NCBI GenBank assembly: GCA_965242525.1
Contig: OZ251459.1
Location: 3,936,001 to 4,000,000 of the forward strand
Length of the DNA stretch: 64,000 nucleotides
Direction: 5' to 3'
From: an uncultured Candidatus Binatia bacterium
GTDB lineage: Bacteria; Desulfobacterota; Binatia; UBA9968; JAJDTQ01
Every line of letters begins with the position of its first letter. Position 1 is the first letter of the stretch. The position numbers were made by a program, and so were the translations under genes. The notes below the pieces were generated by a model, which worked only from the letters and a program-made list of their open reading frames with translations, made no database searches and had not been told where the DNA came from. Positions 30,055 through 38,527 of the stretch are shown one piece after another.

Positions 30055-31357
30055 CAACCTCGACCCCACGCCCCGGAACCCGCTGAACGTGCGCTTCTTC
30101 TACGGCTGGGTGGTGGCGGCCCTGACCTTCGTGGCCACGCTCATGGCCGCGGGCATCCGGGCCGCGCCGCAGACCTTCGTCCGGCCGCTGGAGGCGGAGT
30201 TCGGCTGGAGCCGCGCGTCGATCATGTCCGCGGTGTCCATCAACCTGGTGCTGTACGGGGCCATCGGCCCGGTGGGCGGCCGCATCCAGGACCGCCGCGG
30301 GGTGCGGGTGGTGATGCTCGCCGCCCTGGCGCTGTTGTGCGTGGGGGTGGGCCTCACCGCCTACATCGACGGGCTGTGGGAGTTCGTCCTGGTCTGGGGC
30401 TTCATCGTCGGCACGGGCGCCGGCGGCCTGTCGTCAGTGCTGGCGGCCAGCGTGGCCCACCGCTGGTTCGTGCGCCACCGGGGCGTGATGCTGGGCCTGC
30501 TGAACAGCGCGGGGTCCACCGGGCAACTCATCTTCATCCCCCTGGTCATGGGCATCATCGTGGCCTGGGGCTGGCGCGCCGCGGCCACGTTCCTGGCCTG
30601 TGCGGCCGCGGTCATCTTCGTCCTGGTCTGGTGGCTCATGCGCAACGACCCGGCCGACGTGGGCGACGAGGCCCTGGGCGAGTCCGAAGCCGCCTCGTCG
30701 AAGGCTTTCGCGGGCGGGGGGGCGCGTCCGGTCACGAGCACCACGGTGCGGGACGCCCTGCGGCACCGCACCTTCTGGCTCCTGTGCGGCGCCTACGCCA
30801 TTTGCGGCGGCACGTCCAACGGGCTCATCGGCAGCCACATGATCCCCCACGCCCTGGACATCGGCATCAGCACCGGCGCCGCCTCCTGGACCGTGGCGAT
30901 CATGGGGGGCATGAACTTCGTCGGCACCATGATGGCGGGTTGGCTGAGCGACCGCATGGACCCCCGCAAGGTCCTGGCCTGGGTCTATGGGCTGCGGGCG
31001 GTGTCGTTGTTCATCCTGCCGGCGGTCACCGGCCCCGCCGGCCTGTTCGTGTTCGGGGTGATCTACGGCCTGGACTGGTTCGCCACCGTGCCGCCGGTGG
31101 TGGCCCTCGCCGGCTCCACGTTCGGCAAGAACTCCGTGGGCAGCATCTACGGCCTGATCTTCATGTCGCACCAGTTGGGCGGGGCCGCCATGGCCCAGGG
31201 CGGCGGCGTCATCTTCGACTACTTCGGCGACTACGTCCCCGCGTTCCTCATCGGCGCGGTGCTGGCGGTCATGGCCGCGGCCATGTCCCTGGCCATCGCC
31301 AGGGAGGCGCCGCGGGCCCCGTTGCCCACGCCGCAGCCCGGGCTGGCCGCCACGTGA
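30038..31357 (+). CDS. MFS transporter
   Basis: About 12 TM segments; GRIQDRRGVR and GWLSDRMDPR motif A variants. Confidence 0.9.
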   Translation: MDAKPDNLDPTPRNPLNVRFFYGWVVAALTFVATLMAAGIRAAPQTFVRPLEAEFGWSRASIMSAVSINLVLYGAIGPVGGRIQDRRGVRVVMLAALALLCVGVGLTAYIDGLWEFVLVWGFIVGTGAGGLSSVLAASVAHRWFVRHRGVMLGLLNSAGSTGQLIFIPLVMGIIVAWGWRAAATFLACAAAVIFVLVWWLMRNDPADVGDEALGESEAASSKAFAGGGARPVTSTTVRDALRHRTFWLLCGAYAICGGTSNGLIGSHMIPHALDIGISTGAASWTVAIMGGMNFVGTMMAGWLSDRMDPRKVLAWVYGLRAVSLFILPAVTGPAGLFVFGVIYGLDWFATVPPVVALAGSTFGKNSVGSIYGLIFMSHQLGGAAMAQGGGVIFDYFGDYVPAFLIGAVLAVMAAAMSLAIAREAPRAPLPTPQPGLAAT

Positions 31358-31366
31358 GCGGAGCGG

Positions 31367-31607
31367 GGAACCTCCGGACGATCGGGACAGGGGGCATGAG
31401 CGCGTCCTTCGACTTCGCTTCGCTACGCTCAGGACGAACGGAGGGACTCTGCTACGCTACGCTCAGGATGAATGGGGGACTTCGCTACGCTACGCTCAGG
31501 TGAATGGGGGGACTTCGCAACGCTATGCTCAGGATGAACGGGGACAGGGGTGTCAGGGTGAAGGAATCGGGAATCCATCCCGGATGTCTCGATCGTTCGG
31601 AGGTTCC
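31367..31607 (-). mobile_element. MITE-like element with fourfold internal tandem expansion of the REP core
   Basis: TIRs GGAACCTCCGGACGATCGGGACA / TGTCTCGATCGTTCGGAGGTTCC; ~33-bp units at 31411, 31445, 31478 and 31511. Confidence 0.85.
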
Positions 31608-31640
31608 CTGATGCGGTTCCCCGGAAAGGAACGAAGAAGC

Positions 31641-32813
31641 ATGGCTTGCGACCCCGCCTACCTGTCGTTTTCCGAGGCCGAGTACGAGCGCCGCGAGCGG
31701 GCGGTGCGGCAGCGCATGGACCGTCTCGGCCTGGAGACCGTGGTGTTCCACGGCAAGGGGGCCACGCCCGAGATCCACTACCTGTGCAACTGGCTGACGA
31801 CCACCGAGTCGTACTTCATCTACCCGCGCCGGGGGGAGCCCACGCTTTTCGTGCAGTTGTCCAACCACCTGCCCAACGCCCGGCGGATGGCGGTCATCGA
31901 CGACGTCCGCTTCGGCGGCTCCAGCGCCGCGGGCGCGGTGGACTCGATACCGCGGGTGCTGGAGAACCTGAGGGAACGGGGCGTGGAGAAGGGCCGGGCG
32001 GGGTTGTGCGGCAACGTCCCCTACCGCCACTACCAGCGGCTGGCGGAGGCGCTGCCGGGGGTGGAATGGGTGGACTTCGGCGGCGAGATGCGGGAGCAGC
32101 GCCAGGTCAAGAGCGGCGAGGAGATCGAGCGCATCCGGCAGGCCGCGGCCATGAGCGACGATTCGGTGGCGGCCCTGGCCGAGCACGCGCGTCCGGGAAT
32201 CCCCGAGCACGAGCTCGCCCGGATCGTGGAGGACGCGTACCTGGGGAAGGGCGGCGTCAACGGCATCCACTTCATGATTACCACTTCCATGCGGGAACCC
32301 CGGGGCGGGGTGCCGCAACAGCACCTGTCGAACCGGGTCCTGCAAAAGGGGGACGTGCTGGTGACCGAGATCAGCGCCAACTACGGCGGCTACTCGGGGC
32401 AGGTGCTGCGCACCTTCACCATCGGCGAAGGCCCCACCCCCGAGTACCGGCGGCTCCACGACGCGGCCATGGAGGCGTTCCACCGGATCGAGCAGGTCAT
32501 CCGGGCGGGCGCGGGGCCGGAGGATGTGCTGGAGGCCGCGGACGTGGTCCACGAACGGGGCTTCACGGTGTATGACGACGTGGTCCACGGCGCCAACCAG
32601 TTGCCGCCGATCCTGCGGACGCGGCAGACCAGCCGCGGCGTCCCCGCGGACTTTCGCTTCCGCACGGACATGTGCCTGGTCATCCAGCCCAACGTGGTGA
32701 CCGAGGACGGGTCCCGGGGAGTCCAGTTCGGCGAAATGCTGCGCGTCACCGACGCCGGACTGGAGCGGCTCCACGACTGTCCCCGGGAGCTCATCGTGTG
32801 CGGGACCGGCTGA
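31641..32813 (+). CDS. M24 (creatinase/prolidase fold) protein with altered metal ligands
   Basis: Creatinase-like N-domain; RQVKSGEEIERIRQAA; GYSGQVLRT; VIQPNV; AAGGA RBS. Confidence 0.8.
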   Translation: MACDPAYLSFSEAEYERRERAVRQRMDRLGLETVVFHGKGATPEIHYLCNWLTTTESYFIYPRRGEPTLFVQLSNHLPNARRMAVIDDVRFGGSSAAGAVDSIPRVLENLRERGVEKGRAGLCGNVPYRHYQRLAEALPGVEWVDFGGEMREQRQVKSGEEIERIRQAAAMSDDSVAALAEHARPGIPEHELARIVEDAYLGKGGVNGIHFMITTSMREPRGGVPQQHLSNRVLQKGDVLVTEISANYGGYSGQVLRTFTIGEGPTPEYRRLHDAAMEAFHRIEQVIRAGAGPEDVLEAADVVHERGFTVYDDVVHGANQLPPILRTRQTSRGVPADFRFRTDMCLVIQPNVVTEDGSRGVQFGEMLRVTDAGLERLHDCPRELIVCGTG

Positions 32814-32829
32814 CGGGAGGAGGCGGGAC

Positions 32830-33732
32830 ATGCGCGCAGTGCAACGCCGAAGAACGGGCCGGGCAGCCGCGGCCGTGGTTGCGGCGGCCTTCTGGGCGGT
32901 CCTGTGGCCGCCCTTGGGGAACGCCGCGGACGACCCGGTCCAGCGAGGCGCGTACCTCGCCCGGGCCGGCCTCTGCATCGCCTGCCACACCGACTACGAA
33001 AACGGCGGCGCCGAGCTCGCCGGCGGCAACGCCATCTCGGTCCCCTTCGGAACCATCTACAGCACCAACATCACGCCGGACCGAGAGACGGGCATCGGCG
33101 AGTGGAGCGACGAGGAGTTCCTCCGGGCCATGAGAAAGGGCGTCGGCCGCCGCGGCGAGCACCTGTTCCCGGCCTTCCCCTACACGTCTTTCACCCGCAT
33201 GACGGACGAGGACATCCTGGCCCTGAAGGCGTACCTGTCCAGCGTGGAACCCGTAAGGAAGGAGAACCGGGCGCACGAGTTGACCACGCCCTTCGGCTGG
33301 CGCTTCCTCTTGACCGGCTGGAAGTGGCGCTATTTCGACGAGGGCCGGTGGACGCCGGACCCTAGTCAATCGGCCCGCTGGAACCGCGGCGCCTACCTCG
33401 TCCGGGCGGTCACCCACTGCGGCGAATGCCACACCCCCCGGGATTGGGCCGGCGGGTTGCAGCGGGACCTCTTCCTGGCGGGAAGCGCATACGGACCCGA
33501 AGGAGAGCCGGCCCCCAACGTCACCCCGCACCCGGAGGCCGGCGTGGGCGACTGGACCGTGGAGGACATGGTGGAGTTGTTGCAGAGCGGCTTCAAGCCC
33601 GACGGCGACAATGTCCAAGGCCTGATGGAGAGGGTCACGGTCCACGGCTACGAACACATGACCGACGAAGACCTCACCGCCATCGCCGTGTACCTCCGCT
33701 CGCTGCCGCCCAACGACCACCGGGTGGAATAG
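32830..33732 (+). CDS. Diheme cytochrome c
   Basis: Signal peptide; CIACH and CGECH; NITPDRETGIG and APNVTP repeats. Confidence 0.9.
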   Translation: MRAVQRRRTGRAAAAVVAAAFWAVLWPPLGNAADDPVQRGAYLARAGLCIACHTDYENGGAELAGGNAISVPFGTIYSTNITPDRETGIGEWSDEEFLRAMRKGVGRRGEHLFPAFPYTSFTRMTDEDILALKAYLSSVEPVRKENRAHELTTPFGWRFLLTGWKWRYFDEGRWTPDPSQSARWNRGAYLVRAVTHCGECHTPRDWAGGLQRDLFLAGSAYGPEGEPAPNVTPHPEAGVGDWTVEDMVELLQSGFKPDGDNVQGLMERVTVHGYEHMTDEDLTAIAVYLRSLPPNDHRVE

Positions 33733-33781
33733 GGGGCCGGGGGTGCCGGCGGAGCATCGCGTCCGATAGCGGAGGAATCCG

Positions 33782-34102
33782 ATGGTTCGTCTCAGCAGTT
33801 TCGAGGCAGTTCACTACCGCGGCATCGACGGGTTGTCCCTGCCTCGTTTGAGCCGCGCCAATCTGGTTACAGGCGCGAACGGGGTCGGCAAGACGGCGCT
33901 GATCGAGGCGATCTGGCTGTTCATGGGCCGCTATAACCCCATGCTATTGTGGAATGTAAACGTACACCGCTCCGGCAACGTTGTCCTGGACCCCATCGCC
34001 AAGTTGTCAGACGGTGTGTTGGAACTCCGTGGAACGGAGGGTGGATCGAAACACGAGTGGAAAGCGACTTTCGACACGTCTCCGACGCAGTACAGGTCGT
34101 AG
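33782..34102 (+). pseudogene. N-terminal fragment of an ABC/AAA ATPase
   Basis: HYRGI..L.L..NLVTGANGVGKTALIEAI; ends after 106 aa with no Walker B. Confidence 0.72.
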
Positions 34103-34126
34103 CGAAGACTCCTGCACAGATTTCGA

Positions 34127-34253
34127 CGCCGCCCGCGGCTACCGCAACCGCCAACGCTTCCGGGACGCCATCTACTTCCATTTCGGTGGCCTGGATGTCT
34201 ACCCCAATGGCGCCGCTTGAAGACCCCTCACCCACACGAATTCCTGAAGAGCC
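34127..34253 (+). mobile_element. ISL3 family remnant (transposase C-terminus and right end)
   Basis: AARGYRNRQRFRDAIYFHFGGLDVYP* followed by ACCCACACGAATTCCTGAAGAGCC (GGCTCTTC-type end). Confidence 0.8.
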
Positions 34254-34398
34254 TATTCCTGGATGTTCCGGATTCTGTCCCATTGATTGCCCGTGACGCC
34301 GTACGGACCGTCGCAGATGACCAGGTCGATACTCCCGTCGTCGATCCGGGGAAACAAGTCGAGGCGTCTGCATGGTAGATGCGATCCATCTCGAGCAT
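34254..34398 (-). pseudogene. 5' fragment of a DNA N4/N6 methyltransferase
   Basis: GGAGG RBS; MLEMDRIYHADA / frameshift / LDLFPRIDDGSIDLVICDGPYGV..WD; cut exactly at the IS end. Confidence 0.78.
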
Positions 34399-34566
34399 TC
34401 GCCGGTCCCTCCGGTAGGGTTGGAGTCGATACGGTCTGGCTGCGCGATGACGGTCCTTGCCGGAACCCCGTTCGCGACGCAGTTGGAGAAAGCAGCCGCG
34501 GCGCCACGTCACGGTCTGTCCCACGGGCGGACGCCAGGGAAAGTACCGGAACCGGCGCGGCCCAAG

Positions 34567-34595
34567 TTGACAGGTAGGGGGCTTTGGGCTAGGCA
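34567..34595 (+). promoter_or_regulatory. Putative sigma70 promoter
   Basis: TTGACA-N17-TAGGCA, 7 nt upstream of GTG 34603. Confidence 0.35.
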
Positions 34596-34602
34596 GGGGG
34601 CC

Positions 34603-35454
34603 GTGAACGGTCTTCCGGCAGGCGTGAGCAGCCACTTCGTCGAAGTGGGCCAGGTCCGTACCCATTACCTGGAGGCGGGCGCGGGCCGCAGCCCCGTGGT
34701 GGTGCTGGTCCACAGCGGCGAGTTCGGCGGCCGGGCCGAGTTCAGTTGGCGCGACAACATCGCGCAGCTCGGGGAACACTTCCACGTCTATGCGCCGGAC
34801 ATGGCGGGCTTCGGACGCACCGACCTGGTGTACAGCTTCAGCGACCCGCTGGGTTTCCGGCTGAAGCACATGGCCGGCTTCCTGCGGGCCTTGGACGTCG
34901 GACCTGCCCATTTCATCGGCAATTCCTTCGGCGGCGGGTTCGTCCTGCAGATGGCCGTGGACCCGCGTTTCGAGGCGGCGTCGGTCATCACGGTGAGCGG
35001 CGGCGGCACGGCGCCGGACAACGACGTACGGAAGGTGCTCACCGGATACCGGGGCGAGTGGAGGGAGATGCGGGAGATCCTGCGGGCGTGCTTCTACCAC
35101 GAGCGCTGGTGGGCCGACCACGTGGTGGACGAGCGCTGGCGGGCGAGCCTGGAGCCGGGGGTGTGGGAAGCCTGCGCGGCCGCGCGTCTGGCGCCCCGGG
35201 GAAGGGCCAGGGGGTTCCGGCCGGTGCGGCCCGACTACGGCCGCATCCGTTGTCCGGTGCTGATCGTGGCGGGGGCCCAGGACCCGTTGCGCCTGCCCAC
35301 CTACGCCGCGGACCTCCAGGCGGAGATACCGGGCTCCGAGGTGAAGGTGTTCGACCAGTCCCGGCACTGTTCCCATGCGGAGCACCCGGACGAGTTCAAC
35401 GCCCTGGCCATCGACTTCATCCGGAGGCGCGCGGGGGAGGCGCCGGGTCCGTGA
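34603..35454 (+). CDS. Alpha/beta hydrolase (MhpC/BphD-like)
   Basis: APDMAGFGRT, GNSFGG nucleophile elbow, GAQD, HCSHAEHP. Confidence 0.85.
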   Translation: MNGLPAGVSSHFVEVGQVRTHYLEAGAGRSPVVVLVHSGEFGGRAEFSWRDNIAQLGEHFHVYAPDMAGFGRTDLVYSFSDPLGFRLKHMAGFLRALDVGPAHFIGNSFGGGFVLQMAVDPRFEAASVITVSGGGTAPDNDVRKVLTGYRGEWREMREILRACFYHERWWADHVVDERWRASLEPGVWEACAAARLAPRGRARGFRPVRPDYGRIRCPVLIVAGAQDPLRLPTYAADLQAEIPGSEVKVFDQSRHCSHAEHPDEFNALAIDFIRRRAGEAPGP

Positions 35455-36242
35455 CGTGGCTTTCGGAGACCATGGAAGTGGACGGGGTGAGCCTGGGAGT
35501 CCGCCGACAGGGGGAAGGCGCCCCGCTGGTGGTCCTCTACGGGGACCAGCTCGACACGCAGGCGCCGCCTTTCGACGACGCCCTGGCCCGGCGTTTCCGC
35601 ACGGTGGTCCCGTCCCTGCCCGGGGTGAACCGCTCGGAGCTCCCCGACTGGATGGACGATATGGAGGACCTGGCCTTCCTGGGTCTCGACCTGCTCGAAG
35701 CCCTGGACGCGGGTCCCGTGCACCTGGTGGGCCACGGGTTCGGCGGCTGGGTGGCCGCGGAGATGGCGGTGCGCTCGCAGCGGCGCATCCGGCGGCTGGT
35801 GCTGTTCGATTCCGTGGGCGTGAAGGTATCGGGCCCCACCGTGCGCGACGTGGAAGACGTGTACGTGCGCACCGCGGAAGAGGTGGCGGAGCTGGCGTGG
35901 CACGACCCGGCCGCGGCCGGGTCGCTCAAGTGGCCGGGGATGGAGGGGTTGACCGAGGATGAGTTGCTGACCCTGCTGCGCAACCGCCAGTCGGTGCTGA
36001 AGTTCGGCTGGCGTCCTTTCATGCATAACCCGAAACTGTTGCGGCGGCTGGCCCGGGTGCGCGTCCCCACCCGCGTGTTGTGGGGCGCGAGCGACCGGGT
36101 GGTGTCCCCGAGCTACGGGCGCGCGCTCCAGCAGGGCATTCCGGGGGCCGGTTTCACGGAGATACCGGAGGCGGGCCACTACCCCCACTGGGAGCAGCCG
36201 GAGGCTCTGGCGCGAGCCGTCACGGAGTTCCTGGAGAGCTAG
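35451..36242 (+). CDS. Alpha/beta hydrolase fold protein (nucleophile Ser absent)
   Basis: LVGHGFGGWVAAE, LWGASD, AGHYPHWEQP; GTG overlaps the previous stop. Confidence 0.82.
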   Translation: MTWLSETMEVDGVSLGVRRQGEGAPLVVLYGDQLDTQAPPFDDALARRFRTVVPSLPGVNRSELPDWMDDMEDLAFLGLDLLEALDAGPVHLVGHGFGGWVAAEMAVRSQRRIRRLVLFDSVGVKVSGPTVRDVEDVYVRTAEEVAELAWHDPAAAGSLKWPGMEGLTEDELLTLLRNRQSVLKFGWRPFMHNPKLLRRLARVRVPTRVLWGASDRVVSPSYGRALQQGIPGAGFTEIPEAGHYPHWEQPEALARAVTEFLES

Positions 36243-36262
36243 AACGAGAGGAGGGCCGGGAA

Positions 36263-37384
36263 ATGCTCGCCTACCACTTCACGGAGATGCCCTATCCGTT
36301 CCTGCCCGACGACGTGGAGGAGCGGCACGGGGCCATGCGCGTGACCTTGCCCAGCCGCTACTGCGACCCCCGCACCACCCACGACCTCTACAACCGCTAC
36401 CTCGACGAGTACGAGTACGCCGACGAGATGGGGCTGGAGATCATGCTCAACGAGCACCACGCCACCGCCACGTGCCTCGCCGCCAACGTCTCCATCACCG
36501 CGGCGGCGCTGGTGCGGCGCACCAGGCGCGCGAAGATCCTGTGCCTGGGCTTCCCCCTCGCCCACCGCAACCCCATCCAGGTGGCGGAGGACGCGGCCAT
36601 GCTCGACGTCATGTCGGGCGGGCGGCTCATCGCCGGGTTCGTGCGCGGCGTGGGGACCGAGGTCCACCCAGCCAACACCAACCCGTCCGATACCCGGGAA
36701 CGGATGCAGGAAGCCCATGACCTGATCCTGAAGGCGTGGGAGACCCAGGACGTGTTCAACTGGGAGGGCAAGCACTACCACTTCCGCTACGTCAACCCCT
36801 GGCCGCGGCCCTTCCAGCAACCCCATCCTCCCATCTGGATCACCGGCAGCAACCCGGCCGCAGTGCCCTGGGTGGCGGACCGCCACTACACGCTCGCCAC
36901 GGTCCTGTCGTCCTACGACCAGACCGACGCCATATTCGGCGCCTACCGGGACCGCTGCCGGGAGATGGGGTATCCCGAGCCGGGCGCGGACAAGTTCGCC
37001 TATTGCGCCCTGTGCTTCACCGGCGAGACCGAGAAGAAGGCCGAGGAAGGGGGCCGCAAGCTGCTCTGGTACCTCAACAAGAGGCGGCCCGTGGGGTTCT
37101 TCGCCCCGCCCGGTTTCGTGCCGCCCCAGGGGCTCCTGCGTTTCTTCGACCCCAAGGGCAACGCCCGCTACAACCGCAGCTACGAGGCGCTCATGGACCA
37201 GGGCGTCATCATCGCCGGCACCCCGGCGAAGGTCCTGGAAAAGGTCAAGTACCTCCACGACCGCTGCGGCGTGGGCCACCTCCTGATGATGAACCAGGCG
37301 GGCTTCCTGACCTCGGAAGAGACCCGCCGCAGCATGGAACTCTTCGCCGCCGAGGTGTACCCGGAACTGCGGACGTTGCAGTGA
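36263..37384 (+). CDS. LLM class flavin-dependent monooxygenase
   Basis: IMLNEHH, AEDAAMLDVMSGGRL, PRPFQQPHPPIW, SMELFAAEVYP. Confidence 0.88.
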   Translation: MLAYHFTEMPYPFLPDDVEERHGAMRVTLPSRYCDPRTTHDLYNRYLDEYEYADEMGLEIMLNEHHATATCLAANVSITAAALVRRTRRAKILCLGFPLAHRNPIQVAEDAAMLDVMSGGRLIAGFVRGVGTEVHPANTNPSDTRERMQEAHDLILKAWETQDVFNWEGKHYHFRYVNPWPRPFQQPHPPIWITGSNPAAVPWVADRHYTLATVLSSYDQTDAIFGAYRDRCREMGYPEPGADKFAYCALCFTGETEKKAEEGGRKLLWYLNKRRPVGFFAPPGFVPPQGLLRFFDPKGNARYNRSYEALMDQGVIIAGTPAKVLEKVKYLHDRCGVGHLLMMNQAGFLTSEETRRSMELFAAEVYPELRTLQ

Positions 37385-37454
37385 CCCGCGGCGGGTTGCG
37401 CTTGCGGGGAGGCTTCCAGCCAAGCGTTCCGGGTGTTCCGTGACATTCCCCGCA

Positions 37455-37575
37455 GTTCCTTCCCGCGCAAGCCCCCCCGTCCTTCCGGCGCAACTCCACC
37501 TGTCCTTCCCGCGAAGGCCTACCCGTCCTTCCCGCACAAGCCCACCCTCCGTCATTCCCGCGAAAGCGGGAATCC
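37455..37575 (+). repeat. Tandem ~23-bp degenerate copies of a REP half, ending in an intact REP palindrome
   Basis: GTCCTTCCCGCG-like units at 37455, 37479, 37502 and 37525, then GTCATTCCCGCGAAAGCGGGAATCC at 37551. Confidence 0.78.
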
Positions 37576-37627
37576 ATCCATTTTTCGTGTAGGCAAGGTA
37601 GAAAGGAAGGGGTAGGATCATCCCGGG

Positions 37628-37666
37628 ACGGACGCCATTGACACGGACGCCATTGACGCCTATATG
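37628..37666 (+). promoter_or_regulatory. 15-bp tandem duplication overlapping a putative TA promoter
   Basis: ACGGACGCCATTGAC x2; TTGACA-N17-TATATG. Confidence 0.5.
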
Positions 37667-38008
37667 TGGACCCATTGGCAAACAGTCGTCGAGACACCCG
37701 AATATCTTGCAGCAGCCAAGGGTGTACTGTCCGATGCCGAACGGAGCAAGGTCGTCGATACGGTAGCCGCAAACCCCAAGGTGGGCGTCTCGCTCGGCGG
37801 CGGCATACGCAAGATGCGGGGCACCCGTCAGGGACGCGGCAAAAGCGGAGGGGTTCGTGTGGTATTCCTGTTCGCTGGCGAGGACCTTCCGGTGTTCTTG
37901 CTCACCGTCTTCGCCAAGAACGAGAAAGCGGACCTCAGCCCCAGGGAGCGAGCCGCATTGATCGCCGCTGCGAAGCGAATAGTCGAAGATTACGGGAGGC
38001 TCACATGA
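37664..38008 (+). CDS. RelE/HigB family toxin
   Basis: TVVETPEY, GGIRKMR, GRGKSGGVRV, LLTVFAKNEKADLS. Confidence 0.9.
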   Translation: MWTHWQTVVETPEYLAAAKGVLSDAERSKVVDTVAANPKVGVSLGGGIRKMRGTRQGRGKSGGVRVVFLFAGEDLPVFLLTVFAKNEKADLSPRERAALIAAAKRIVEDYGRLT

Positions 38009-38331
38009 GCAAGGCTTTCAGGAAGATCATGGCCGGGCTGGATGATGCACGCGCGTACCTGGACGGCCAACGGGACGGTTTTGTCGTACATGAAATCGCA
38101 GCGCCCGAGGTGCCGGAACCCGATGTCGCCACCATACGCGGGAAGACGGGCCTTTCACAGCCCAACTTTGCCAGGAGTATCGGGGTATCCCTCGGCACGC
38201 TCAAGAATTGGGAACAGGGCCGCCGCCGTCCGGAAGGACCGGCGCGGGTCTTGCTGGCCCTGCTGGCCAAGCGGCCCTCCATCGTGCAAGAAGAACTCAT
38301 CCCTTCAGGATCTCCACACGCTGATGTGTAG
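38005..38331 (+). CDS. HigA-type HTH (XRE) antitoxin
   Basis: IRGKTGLSQPNFA, TLKNWEQGRRRPEGPARVLL; toxin-first order with ATGA overlap. Confidence 0.9.
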   Translation: MSKAFRKIMAGLDDARAYLDGQRDGFVVHEIAAPEVPEPDVATIRGKTGLSQPNFARSIGVSLGTLKNWEQGRRRPEGPARVLLALLAKRPSIVQEELIPSGSPHADV

Positions 38332-38370
38332 CAGGATCGTCCAATGCAGGATGCCACTGAACAATGAGAG

Positions 38371-38511
38371 GGAACCTCTGAACAATCCAGACAGGGGGCA
38401 TGAGCGCGTCCTTCGACTTCGCTTCGCTACGCTCAGGACGAACGGGGATAGGGGCGTCAGGGTGAGGGAATCGGGAATCCATCCCGGATGTCTCGATTGT
38501 TCAGAGGTTCC
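38371..38511 (-). mobile_element. Complete 141-bp MITE-like element with AGAG target duplication
   Basis: 23-bp TIRs (22/23 match); AGAG at 38367-38370 and 38512-38515. Confidence 0.92.
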
Positions 38512-38527
38512 AGAGGAGGCTTGTTGA

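Noticed and set aside
31411-31543. CRISPR-like array of ~33-bp repeats
   Set aside because: Units are contiguous with no unique spacers, derive from the REP core, and no cas genes are present
37455-37575. Mini-CRISPR candidate
   Set aside because: The 23-bp period leaves no room for spacers; the units are degenerate REP halves
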